Shown piece after piece: positions 49,736 through 62,381 of a stretch of 64,000 nt of DNA (the stretch's first letter is position 1; every line of letters begins with the position of its first letter). The translations under genes were made by a program, and so were the position numbers. This stretch comes from the human T2T-CHM13v2.0 reference genome, Homo sapiens, in the NCBI RefSeq assembly GCF_009914755.1, contig NC_060932.1. One strand, given 5' to 3'. Under the pieces are notes generated by a model. That model ran no database searches. It was not told the origin of the DNA and was given only the letters and a program-made list of their open reading frames with translations.

Positions 49736-51599
49736 TCAAATCCAAGTGTTAAGGTCTCTGAAAAGATTTTCCCAGTATACTTCCACCCTGTACTATACAA
49801 CAGAGAGGAAAGGCAACAAGTTATCCTCCAAGACTACCTTTTTTCTTATCTCACTATTTTTTTTTTTTTTTTTTTTTCAGATATTTATGGCAGGGGAGTG
49901 GTCATAGTTTTAATATTCCAGAATTTTCCAAAGACAGTGAGGATATAAAGGCTTTAAGACAAGGGACCCTCAAAAGAAGAACAGAACCCCAGTATATGAA
50001 AATAGACTGGTGAAAAGAAAAAATCCTCCTTTAGGCAGGAGAACAAAAGGTCAGCTCCTCATTCTTTTCCAGCTCTTCTGACCAGTAGTGGCATAGAGGA
50101 GTGCCAGGGAGTGGGAGTGGAAGAGCTAAAGCTCCCTCATAATGTCTACTATAGCCCTCTTCAGGATCTGTTAATAGGAAACTGAGTCCGGTTACTCAAA
50201 AGCAATTTCCAAGACAAGTTCTCTGGCACCGTTCCCTTTCTGCACCATGTACTTTCAACTCCACTGCTTCCTTAGGACACTGCTCTTTGGAAATTCTGGA
50301 TCACCCAAGCCTGCAGCAGAGGTGAGTGCTAGTTCACTGGATGACTTTTGTCATCATCTACCTCATATTTTGCACCTGTGGAGGCCTTCCTTTGATTGAC
50401 CACTCAGTCACTGGCTGCTTGATTCTTCACCCCCAATGACCTCCATTGGTGACCCGGACTCCACTTCCCAGCAACTAAAGGAAATAAAGGTTACCAGTTT
50501 AAAGAAGGGAGTTTCTTCGACACTGAGTACCAGAGGTTTTGTTCAGTCCACATGCAGTGGGGAAGTCTAGGGGTCTTTTGTTCCTGGATTTAATATTTAA
50601 CCTTTCGTTAATCTCTCTTCCCTTAATGGGCTTTAACATTTTCCCTTTGATCTCTTGGCTTCCTTTTTTGTTTGGGAAGGGGAGCCCCCTTCTGCCCATG
50701 CAATCCAGCACCCCTTTTTAGCGCTTCCCCTTTGGCCTCAACAGCAGCTCCATAAGGTATTGGCACCTCTTCAGCAACGTCTCCGTGAGACTGTTGCCAT
50801 TATACTTGTCACCTTCCTGATTAACACCTCCAGCATTCATCCCCATTTTTTTAGTACTTGTGAGAGCTTTGTTCCAAGAAGAGAGTTACGCTTTTGTGAA
50901 ATTTCTCCCCAAAGCCTACTTTACTGACCATCTTTCACCACATTTCCTTTAACAGCAAGAACTATTCATCCAATAGAAATTCAGATGAGAAAATCATATG
51001 AAACCTCCACTTTAGGCACTTTGAGGAACTAAGTAAATTATTTCAGACCATAAAGCATTACCTGGTACACTGAAGCAAAACTGTAAAAGCTGAACCTTCA
51101 TTAACTGCTACTTCTTTTGTCACAAAGTGTTTTCACAGACATTATTTAAAAACCCTGTGAGGCAGACAAGCTACAGAATAGGAGGAAACCAAGACTCAGA
51201 ACATTTGGGTGACTTACCAGTCTAAGGCTAATATGGCCATATAAATTACTAAATAACTGAAATACAGCAATGGCAATTAGTAAATAGCTGTTGCCTTGAG
51301 AACCCTGGGTGCTTCCCCCAACTTCTTCCCTGGTCTTTCCCCTGGGACCCTTCAGTCCTTCCACAAGGCCTGGCACAATGTGGTGAACTGTGTCCAACAG
51401 TTAATTGATTGTCAACATCTAGTATGTACCCACTGTTAAACGTGTAATATCAACCTAGGACCACTTGAAGCTAAATTTTCAGCTTTTTAAGGAGACAGGT
51501 AGATGGAAATCACATTTACAACGTAAATTCCAGCGACAAATCTCTATGAATGGAAATTTGTAATTATGAATTTTCACTTTTTTCCTGCTTCTGCCAGAG

Positions 51600-52400
51600 T
51601 CAAGGTTGAAATACACAAATGTGCACAGTCCTTCTGCTATATAAGGGGTTTTGTTTCGGAAAAATATGTCATTCTTTGGTGTCCCAATTTTATGTAAGAC
51701 TTACCTTGCTATCGCCTGCTCAACTTGTGGCTCAGAAAGCTGCTCAACTCTCAGCTTTGTGTCCTGTCCTCCAGTAATAGATGTCTATTACAACGCAGGC
51801 TCCAGACCACCAGCAATTGGAGTTGCCTTCAAGCACATGTCAGATCTAGCGTGTGCTTACACATCTGGATTCGAACATGTCTGGCCACTGATTATTTCCT
51901 TTACTGCTCGTTCAGCCATGCTTTTCATAAAACTTAATATTTAATCCAGAATTTTTCAGGTGTTTGATACTGAAAGAGCTTTCTCTGAATAGCAGGTCTT
52001 CTGTAATGCCAGCAACAGAAGTCTTTGTCCCATTATTTGTTATTCTGTCCTTTATTGGCTGCAGGACATGCCACGTATAAATCTTCAGGAAAAATGAACT
52101 TGCAAAATTGGCATAGAGGAGCGGAGTTACATTTCACGATAGTGTATGGAAATGGATGCAAGGGGTGCGCGGAGGCACAGAAGGCAGTGAAGTCACTGAA
52201 ATGGCAGTCATCTGGAAAAGATGATATGAGCATAAGCCAGACACATGGATTTAAGCAAATCAAGTTTACACATTTATTAACTAAGATTTTCTTTAGAATA
52301 AGAGAGGCCTTTTTTAAAAGTTAGAGCAGCAGCTGCCATGAGAATTCTAGTAAAAGTACATTGCAGCAAGGGGAGACCGTGGCGGGCTTCAAGCCAAAAC
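51600..52400 (-). promoter_or_regulatory. Candidate promoter/enhancer or non-coding first exon ending at a donor at 51705
   Basis: Non-repeat-looking; 13 CpGs counted in 51650-52390; consensus donor AAG|GTAAGT on - (intron starts 51704). Confidence 0.35.
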
Positions 52401-55014
52401 AGATTGGGAACCACCAGTACAGAGGAAAAATGCATTCATCTCATTTAGAAAAATGGGACTGTTTGATTTTCTCCTTTGTGCCAAGGAGTCCATGTCTCCT
52501 CTGGGGCCAAAAGAGAGACAATCTCTGCAGCTCCATCCACAGTCACCTTTCCAGACAGATTTTTTCTCAGCAGAAGGGATAGATTCAGCTCCAGCTGCAA
52601 GGTATTCTATTTACCTGCCTGCAAAGATGTTTGTTAAGGCAGAATTTCATGCTCTGTAAGAGTGGGACCATCTCCTAAAGAATGGAGTTAAAGCAATTTT
52701 ATGAAGAAATCATCTCAATCAATAGGTTGATATCAAATATATTGGAAAAAACAAACACCAATAAGCAATAAGAAGACAATTGCACAAAAATATCTGGTGT
52801 ATATAACACAAATACTGCATCTGAATACTACTCCATGCTAAGAGTTTTCTCAAGCAAAAGGAAAAAAGACCCTTAAAGGTGACGTAGCTAACATTGTCTA
52901 TTATAGGATGAATTCTAGTGCATCAGGAGAGATAAATTCATAGTAATTCATTCATCCAAAAAATATTTATTGAGCTCCCCAAATGTGCCCATCAATGTTC
53001 TAACAAATTATTTAATGAGCAAAAAACAAATTACTATAGCTGATAAGTAATATATTTTATTATAGGTCTTTGATGATTTCTAATCATTTTTCTGCCCCTA
53101 TATTTTACCACTTTTCTTTCTGGGAGTTCCCAGGGCTTTTGCCCTTCCCTCTCCTGGATATATGTGTGCCTTTGTGGATACTGTGGCCAAGAATAGTTTC
53201 GACAAGGTCCCTAATCCAACATGGAACTGTATGGAGGAGAAAGACCTCTACCCAGCTCGTATGGATTGGCCTTTGTGCCTGTGAGCTTACATTCTCCCAA
53301 AGAAGATGATTCAGGATAACTATTCTGGCACATTATCTCATTAGGCCTCCTGATACTAAATGAAGAAGGCAGTTGAAAAATAACACTCCATTTCACAAGA
53401 GAGAAATCTGGGGCATGCAGAGGTTAAATAACTTCTCTAAATCAAACAGCCAGCAATTGTGCCTGAGACATGGACAGAGATCTTTAAAATTCACATCACA
53501 TTCTCCATCCCTTACATTGCACTGACTTTAGATTAAGTTTAAAAAATTCTGACAAAAATCAAGGATCTACAAAAAGGAAAATATAAATATTGAATAGAGT
53601 TGCTATTTCAGAATATTGCTAAAATTTGGATTATGTTGATTATAACTCAAGATTGCAAAAAAGTTAATCATCCACATATAAATATGTTTTATAAAATGAA
53701 TCCTTGTTTTATTGATTAGGTAAAGCCGTAAGATATATTTTTAAAAGGTTTACATTCCAGAAGGCTCTTTTTCTCCTAATACTGATATATGTAACACACA
53801 AAAGTCCCAGAAACTGTTTCACAATATTATGTTGCTATCTGAGGTTTTAAAATCCAAATTTGGAAAATAAAATGCATTAAAAATAACAGAGGGAAACACA
53901 TTTGTAAATAACCTGGAAACATGAAGAAAAGAGATCAGGCTGAAACTGAATATCCAGCTGTGTAAACACATTTAGATACTTTAAAAAACTCTCAAATTGA
54001 TGGTATTCATAGGGCCTTCCCAGTGCCAAAATCATATACTTCACATTAATTCTTCTGTGATTCCACATCCTTTCCACACTGCATCAGTCTAAACTGTCTA
54101 GTTCAGATGGAACCACTCGAATTCCATGAATGTTTTTGTTTAATCAAGTGAACACTGTAAACTGTTGTTCTTGGTCATACACTCTACTCTTAAATAAAAA
54201 TAAGATTTTTGAAGATGAAAGATCGAGGTGCAGGTGTTAAATATTTGCAAATTTCTCCATTACTCCCAGAGATCTGAAACACAAGTGGAGAAGTGGGGCC
54301 TTCATTAGATTCTGTTCAGAAAAAAAGTACTAAATTTTGGTATTTGAGTGGGAAATGATTTCCTATTAAAAAAAAATGATTACTATTGAGACATCCCAGA
54401 AGAATCCTTTAATACATCGAAAGTCAATAACAGTTCTAGCCACATGTTGAAATGTGTCTTTCAATTAAATGAAATTAATGGTATAAAGAACCCAAACAGT
54501 GCCTAGCATTACAGTAAGGGTTAATTTAAATCTTTATTGCAACCTTTATAATGATGGTGGAAACACTTTTTTAAATGAAATTGATTACAAAGCAAATTCA
54601 CATCTGAGTTCCAACAGATGCAACTACTTTAATGAATCCAACACCTCTCTAACCCATCACCCAACTTTCGTCAACAGGGAAGGGTCAGATGAATGCTAAC
54701 CCATCAAATCCAGGAGTCTTATTTGCAAATTGCACCAACTTGATTTTGGACCTTAATTAGTTGGCTTAAAACTACATTATTGATGCTAAATATAGTTGAA
54801 GTCACAGTGTAGATTTACCACAAAGGTTGTGATTATGAAGCCTTATTTTACATATTTCTGATCTTATGATCCATTAGGTCCATCCTGGTATATTAAACAA
54901 ATGTACTCCACAAAAATAATCATTTTCTTGATCACACTAAGATAAAATTGCAAGATTTAGCAAACAAAAATTTACAATGCCTAGTTAAATTTTAATTTTG
55001 GTGTTTATTATTAT

Positions 55015-55180
55015 TGTTTATTTATTTATTTTGGAGTTTGGGTTTCACTCCATCACCCAGGCTAAAGTGCAGTGTCACCATCATAGCTCACTGTAACCTC
55101 AAACTCCTGGGCTCAAGGGACCCTCCTGCCTAATCCTCCCTGCTAGCTGGGATTACCAGCATGACCCATCACATTTGGCT
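55015..55180 (-). mobile_element. FRAM / AluJ right monomer
   Basis: atcatagctcactgtaacctcaaactcctgggctcaag; TSD t(g/a)gtgtttat(t/c)attatt. Confidence 0.8.
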
Positions 55181-55311
55181 TAGTGTTTATCATTATTCAG
55201 CAAATTTTTTTTTTGTATAAATGTGTCCCACGTGTATGGGATATACTTATACTAAAGCATTATTCATTGTGTGTTGAAAATTCAAATCTGAGCATGTGTA
55301 TACTGTATTTT

Positions 55312-57605
55312 TTCTATTATTTTACATTCAGGGGTACATGTACAGGTTTGCTACACAGGTAAACTTGTGTCATGCGGGTTTGTTGTACAGATTATTTCAT
55401 CACCCTGGTGTTAATCCTAGTATCCCTTAGTTATTTTACCTGATCCTCTTGTTTCCTTCTACCTTCCACCCTCAGGTAGGCCCCAATGTCTGTCATTCCT
55501 CTCTATGTGTCTATGCATTCTCATCATTTAGCTCCCACTTAAAAATGAGAACATGTGGTATTTGGTTCTGTTCCTGCATTAGTTTGTTGGGGATAATGGT
55601 CTCCAGCTCCATCCATGTTCCTGCAATGGACATGATCTCATTCTTTTTTATGACTATATATTATTCTATGATATACATGTACCACATTTTCTTTATCCAA
55701 TCTGTCATTTGATTTGGATGTCAGATGGGCATTTAAGTTGATTTCATGACTTTTCTATTGTGAATAGTGCTGCAATAAACATACATGTGCATATATCTTT
55801 ATAGTAGAATGATTTATATTCCTTTGAGTATATACCCAGTTATGGAATTGCTGAGTCGAATGGTAGTTCTGTTCTTAGTTCTTTGAGGAATTGCCACACT
55901 GCCTTCCACAATGGTCGAACTAATTTACACTTCTCCCAGCAGTGTATAAGTGTTCCCTTTTCTATGCAACAGATTCTTTGCCAAATCTGTTATTTTTTTT
56001 ATTTTTCGTAATAGCCATTCTGACTGCTATGAGATGATATCTCATTGTGGTTTTGGTTTGCATTTCTCTAATAATCAGTGATGTTGAGTTTTTTTAATAT
56101 GCTTGTTGGCCACATGTATGTCTTCTTTTGAAAAGTGTCTGTTCCTTTCCTTTTCCCGCCTTTTAATGGGATTGTTTGCTTTTTTTCTTGTAAATTTGTT
56201 TAAGGTACTTATAGATACTGAAGATTTGACCTTTGTCAGATGCATAGTTTGCAAAAATTTTCTCCCATTCTGTAGGTTGTCTGTTTACTCTGTTCATAGT
56301 TTCTTTTACTGTGCAGAAGCTGTTTAGTTTAATTAGATCCCATTTTTCAATTTTTGCTTTTGTTGTGATTATTTTTGGCATCTTCGTCACGAAATCTTTG
56401 CCTGTTCCTATGTCTAGAATGGTATTGTCTAAATTGTCTTCCAGGGTTTGTATAGTTTTGAGTTCTACATTAAGTCTTTAATCCATCTTGAGTTGATTTT
56501 GTATATGGTATAAGGAAGGGGTTCAGTTTCAGTCTTCTGCATATGGCTAGCCTGTTATCTCAGCACCATTAATTGAATAGGGAATCATTCCCCCATTACT
56601 TGTGTTTGTTAGCTTTGTATAAGATCAAATGGTTGTAGTTATGCAGCCTTATTTCTGGGCTCCCTAGTCTGTTCTATTGGCCTATGTGTCTGTTTTTGTA
56701 CTGCTACCATGCTGTTTTGATTACTATAGCCCTGTAGTATAGTTTGAAGTCAGGTAGCATGATGCTTCCAGCTTTGTTCTATTTGCTTAGGACTGCCTTG
56801 GCTATTTGGGCTCTATTTTGGTTCTGTATAAATTTTAAAATAGTTTTTTTCTAGTTCTGAGAAGAATGTCACTGGTAGTTTGGTAGGAATAGCATTGATT
56901 CTATAAATTGCTTTGGGCAATTTGGCCATTTTAATGTTATTTATTATTCCTATCCATGAGCATGGAATGTTTTTCCATTTGTTTGTGTTATCTCTAATTT
57001 CTTTGAGCAGTGTTTTGTAGTTCTCATTGTAGAGATCTTTCACCTCCATGATTAGCTATATTCCTAGGTATCTTATACTTTTTGTGGAAATTGTGAATGG
57101 GATTGTATTCCTGATTTGGCCCTTAGCTTGACTCTTGTTAGTGTATAGAAATGCTAGCAATTTTTATATGTGGATTTTGTATCCTGAGACTTTGCTGAAG
57201 TTTTTTGTCAGCTTAAGGAGTTTTGGGCTGAGACTATGGAGTTTTCTAGATAGAGGATAATGTCATCTGCAAACAGGGATAGTTTGACTTCTTCTTTTCC
57301 TATTTGGATGCCCTTTCTTTCTTTCTCTTGACCTATTGCTCTGGCCAGGACTTCCAATTCTTGTTGAATAGGAGTGGTGAGAGAGAGCATGGTTGTCTTG
57401 TGTCAGTTTTCAAGGGGAATGCTTCCAGCTTTTGCCCATAAGTACAATGTTGGCTGTGGAGTTGCCATTGATGGCTCTTATTATTTTGAGGTTTGTTGCT
57501 TCAGTGCCCATTTTATTGAGAGTTTTTAACATGAAGGGATGTTGAATTTTATTGAAAGACTTTTCTGCATCTATTGAGATACTCATATCATTTTTGTCTT
57601 TAGTT
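55312..57605 (-). mobile_element. L1PA13-like, 5'-truncated
   Basis: 3'UTR ggtaaacttgtgtcatg…gtttgttgtacagattatttcatcacc; ORF2 C-terminal remnants (ORF track 56163-57390); TSD ctgtatttt (55303-55311 and 57606-57614). Confidence 0.9.
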
Positions 57606-58540
57606 CTGTATTTTATCTGACAACCCTGCTCAAAGGCATCACAATAACCAATACTAATATCTGTAAAGATTGTAAAATGCTGGGCTGAATCTGTTGATTC
57701 CAGACTTATATTTTCTTAAATTGATCAAAACTCAGCTTACTTCCCTGTCATTTCAGATATGTGATCAAAGTGGAGTGTTGGATGATTAGGTGAGTACCTT
57801 TTGGTCAAGGCTAGTAAATACATTTTTAAAATTTAATTTTAATTTCAAAGATTAAAGATTTCTTGTAAACTGTTAAGCCTTTAAATATGCTGCTTTAGAG
57901 ATAATTTTAAGATCATTATTTTATAGAAAAAATAGTATTAATAAAGTATCTTCATCTTCTTAAAGGCACAAAAACTATTCACTGTAATTTTTTAAGAAAA
58001 TAAGAGAGGGAGGGCAAGAATCTTCACATGGTAATGGTATTGATGCAATAGAAATCTCAAAGTTTATGCCAGATCCAAGGGCAGATGGTTACTGAAAGTT
58101 AGGTTAGTTGCATTTGTTTATCTCCATATGTCTTACTACAAATATATATTTACATATATAAGTATTCAATTTTCCTTCAGATACTAAGATTTGGAATATC
58201 TATTATTTTTAAAAATGTGTAACTTACATATAACTATAACTCATGTTGAGATAGCTGGGTCCATGTTATTTAAAGCTCTTTACTTAAGAAATAGCATTCT
58301 AAACTAGGAAAACAAAACACATTAGACATTATACATGAGAAGATATCATAATTATTAAATGTAATAGGCAGAAAGAGTCAAGAAATACAGTTTATCAAAC
58401 ATATTTTCCAGCAAAAAAAAAAAAAGTGTTATATCCACAACTAACTCAAGCGTGTGTTATCAAGTGAGTTACTCACGCCTAATCCCATGGTACCCACACT
58501 GAAGCTTTATGAAATGCAGGTCACCACTGTCCGCTTGGAT

Positions 58541-58870
58541 CAGGGGTCCCCAGCCCCCGGACTGTGGCCCAGTACCAGTCTGTGGCGTGTTAGGAACCAG
58601 GCCATGCAGCAAGAGGTGGGTAAGCACTACCGCCTGAGCTCCGCTTCCTGTCAGATCAGCGGCGGCATTAGATTCTCACAGGAGCATGAACCCTATTAAC
58701 TGTGCATGCAAAGGATCTAGGTTGTGTGCTCCTTATGAGAATCTAACTAATGCCTGATGATCTGAGATGGAACAGTTTTATCCTGAAACCATCCCCCCAA
58801 CCTCCTATTCCGTGGAAAACTTGTCTTCCATGAAACCAGTCCCTAGTGCTGAAAAGGCTGGGGACTGCTG
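58541..58870. mobile_element. MER1B (hAT-Charlie)
   Basis: caggggtccccagccccc…tcagatcagcggcggcattagattctca…aaaaggctggggactgctg. Confidence 0.9.
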
Positions 58871-59704
58871 CCTTAGAGAATGGAAGAGGGAATAACTCAC
58901 CCAGCAGCACTCATCTCCTAGTGATCAAGGGTGATCACATGGGTGTTAACACAACCACACATACATGTTTTTTAACCACGTGTATTGTATGTGGTGGTTT
59001 TAAATCAAATCCTAGGTCTTTAGACACATATTTCATATATTTCAAATTCAGATGATTGTGCCCAATAATATGAGTTGGACTAAGTAGGTGATTATTTAAA
59101 AACTTTTCAAATTATAATTCTATAACAAATGCATAAATAGTGTACTTAATCAGAGAAATTTAAAAAATTCAACTGAGTATCTTTTTCATTTCTAAAACAA
59201 TGTGCAAATTGATTTAACAAACTTAAACTCTTCATTCTAAAGCTATGGAATATTAGAAATGGTTCAAGTTAGAAAATATTTTCAATTTTATAAAAATAAT
59301 AATTTTCATAAAAATTGTAATACTTTATAATAATTCCCAAATCTGCAACTTTCATAGAAATTAGAAGACATGTTAGCATGTAGATAGAAGCTTGTGCCTA
59401 AAAGATTAAATATCAACTCTGAGTGTAATGATGAACTGATGAGTGTTTGCATTTAAAGGCAAATCCATGTTCTTCAGTAAGATTAGAGAAAACACAGGGT
59501 CAAGTAGAGATAGTGACTTTCTCTAATAAAAGTTATGATATTTATTATTAAACATTATCATAACAATAAAACAAGGCTAACAATTCAGAATACTTAGTAT
59601 CTGCCAATAATTTTACATTATTCAGTTACTCCTCACAGCAACTAATGTAGAAACTTTCTGCCTGTTTTCCACATAAGGACATCAAAATTCAGAGCTATAT
59701 CAGA

Positions 59705-60090
59705 CACTCTTTTCGCACAATTCCAAATCCTCTCCCATCTCCCTCTACCCTACTTGTCTGCTCTTGGTCCCTCACTATATTCCATCCACTCCTGCAGGGA
59801 TCTGTTTTAGAAAGGTTTTGACCAGCTTCATACAGCACCTCCCTTCAGGCTTCTAACCTTTGAGCTTGTCCAGGATTATAACGGGACCCATCAGAATTCA
59901 CTGGTACTCACACTATGACAGCACACATGCACGAGGAGTTAATGTCCATAGAGTCACACTTGACCAGTGGGGAAAAGAGCTTTCTGACATACATTTTATA
60001 AGACTCCATTGAGGGTCCCCACTGATTAAGCCTTATTTGGTGGGCCACTGGGTAACACATGCTCACGTGAATGGCTATTGATTACTTGCA
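59705..60090 (+). mobile_element. LTR16-like ERVL LTR fragment
   Basis: ggagttaatgtccatagagtcacacttgaccagtgggg motif. Confidence 0.5.
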
Positions 60091-61202
60091 TGTTTTGTTC
60101 CAAATTCTCATAAGGAATGCCTATTTTTTTTGTACATAATAATAATAATAATAGAAAATTTCAGATAGTGCTCTACTCTTACCGCCACCATCCCCAACAT
60201 CACCTGCGCATAGAACATAACATTTCACATCTCTTAGACTAAACAGAACAACTTCCCTTGCTGACCCACCTTTATTTCCTACTCTAGCCCCAAGTTATCC
60301 TTTGAATGTCAATGACAATAAGCAACTTATAAATTTTGCATTTTAACGTTGCACAAGTTAGCTCAGGCATTTGCATAATTCTCCTCCTTCCATATTCCTC
60401 TCTTCTTCCCCCAATTACTTTCTTAGTAATGGGTGGTTTCATGTAATGGCATGCTCAACTCCCAGAGGAGAGATCCCCCTGTTAAACAACATCCCCTAAC
60501 ACTTCAGGAAGCAGAATAGGATAGTGAGCAAAACAATTAACCAGGAGTTTAGACAGCTGAGTTGCAGCCCTGTTTCTGCTTCTAACTATGCATTTGACTT
60601 TGGAGAAGTAATCTGAACTCCCTAATTTGCCAAAATTTGTTCAACCTGCAGCTTTGCTTCAAGAAGCAATAGAGTCTTTATCACTTAAAAATTGCCTTTA
60701 GAAAGTGGTAAGCAAATTGGTAGATCCAATTTCTCACTGATTTTTTTCCCCATCTCAAATTTATATCAGCAATAGCTAGAAAATCATAGAAAAAAAATTG
60801 AACATATGTTATCAAGCTTGTTTTCAGCAAAACAAAAATATAAAAGTACGGGAAAAATGATTATATAATTGCAGTATTCCTCTAAAAATTTGAAAATATT
60901 TATCAAATAATTCATATTTTCTAATGACTTTTAATTTGCCAGTTTACAAAGGCAGTTTCATTTGCAAACTGGTAGATGCAACCTGCTCAAGTAAACAAAA
61001 AAAAAATCTCAAGGGCAATTAAAATATAATAAAATCAATTTTTATGTTTAATGTATTTTTTAGTTCAAATGTAATTGGTTTTTGAACTACATAATAAATA
61101 TTGCTATTTTTAAATCCAAATATTTTGTGCTGTTTCATTGTTTTTAAGTAATCCTTGATAATTTCACAGGGTCACTGGTTTATTCAAAGTATTTTAAATT
61201 AA

Positions 61203-61364
<162 letters not shown>

Positions 61365-61499
61365 TAAAAAATATTTTTAAATCCATATATATAGTAGTGG
61401 CGCCAAGATGGCTGAATAGCAACAGCTCCAGTCAGTAGCTCCCAGCATGAATGACGCAGAAGACGGGTGATTTCTGCATTTCCAACTGTGGTACCGGGT

Positions 61500-61823
61500 T
61501 CATCTCACTGGGGCTTGCCAGACAAGTGGGTGCAGCCCTCGGAGCAGGGCGGGGCATTGCCTCACCCGGGAAGTGTAAGGGGTCAGGGAATTCCCTTTCC
61601 TAGCAAAGGGAAGCCGCCATGACAGACGGCACCTGGAAAATCGGGACACTCCCACCCTAATACTGCGCTTTTCCAACGGCCTTAGCAAATGGCACACTGG
61701 GAGATTATACCCCGCACCTGGCTTGGAGGGTCCCACACCCACAGAGCCTTGCTCACTGCTAACCCAGCAGTCTGAGATTGAACTGCAAAGTGGCAGTGAG
61801 GCTGGGGGAGAGGAGTCCGCCAT
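61500..61823 (-). CDS. L1 antisense ORF0, open, 107 aa (C-terminally extended)
   Basis: MADSSPPASLPLCSSISDCWVSSEQGSVGVGPSKPGAGYNLPV…RVGVSRFSRC matches recalled ORF0p (MAGAPPPASLPPCSLISDCCAS…); ATG in gcaATGg context. Expression unknown. Confidence 0.7.
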   Translation of the reverse strand: MADSSPPASLPLCSSISDCWVSSEQGSVGVGPSKPGAGYNLPVCHLLRPLEKRSIRVGVSRFSRCRLSWRLPFARKGNSLTPYTSRVRQCPALLRGLHPLVWQAPVR

Positions 61824-62381
61824 TGCTGAGGCTTGAGTAGGTAAACAAAGCGGCCAGGAAGCTGGAACGGGGTGGAGCCCACCACAGCATGAGGAGGCCT
61901 GCCTGTCTCTGTAGACTCCACCTCTAGGGGCAGGACATACCTGAACAAAAGGCAGCAGAAACTTCTGCAGACTTAAACGTCCCTGGGTGACAGCTTTGAA
62001 GAGAGTAGTGGTTCTCCCAGCACAGAGTTTGAGATCTAAGAACGGACAGACTGCCTCCTCAAGTGGCTCCCTGACCCCGGGGAAGCCTAATTTGGAGACA
62101 CCTCCCAGTAGGGGGCGACTGACACCTCATAAGGCTGGGTGCCCCTCTGAGATGACGCTTCCAGAGGAAGGATTAAGCAGCAACATCTGCCGTTCTGCAG
62201 CCTCCGCTGGTGATATCCAGGCAAACAGGGTCTGGAGTGGACCTCCAGCAAACTCCAACAGACCTGCAGCTGAGCGTCCTGACTGTTAGAAGGAAAGCTA
62301 ACAAACAGAAAGGACATCCACACCAAAACCCCATCTGTACGTCACCATCATCAAAGACCAAAGGTAGATAAAACCACAAAG

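Larger units (their letters stand above)
54943..57628. mobile_element. MER53 split by a FRAM and an L1
   Basis: ttgcaagatttagcaaacaaaa…|FRAM|…gggatatacttatactaaa…ctgtatttt|L1|atctgacaaccct. Confidence 0.8.

Noticed and set aside
51651-52659. Plus-strand 68-99 aa ORFs in the CpG-retaining segment
   Set aside because: Mostly non-ATG starts, no homology recognised; the strongest splice signal is on the opposite strand.
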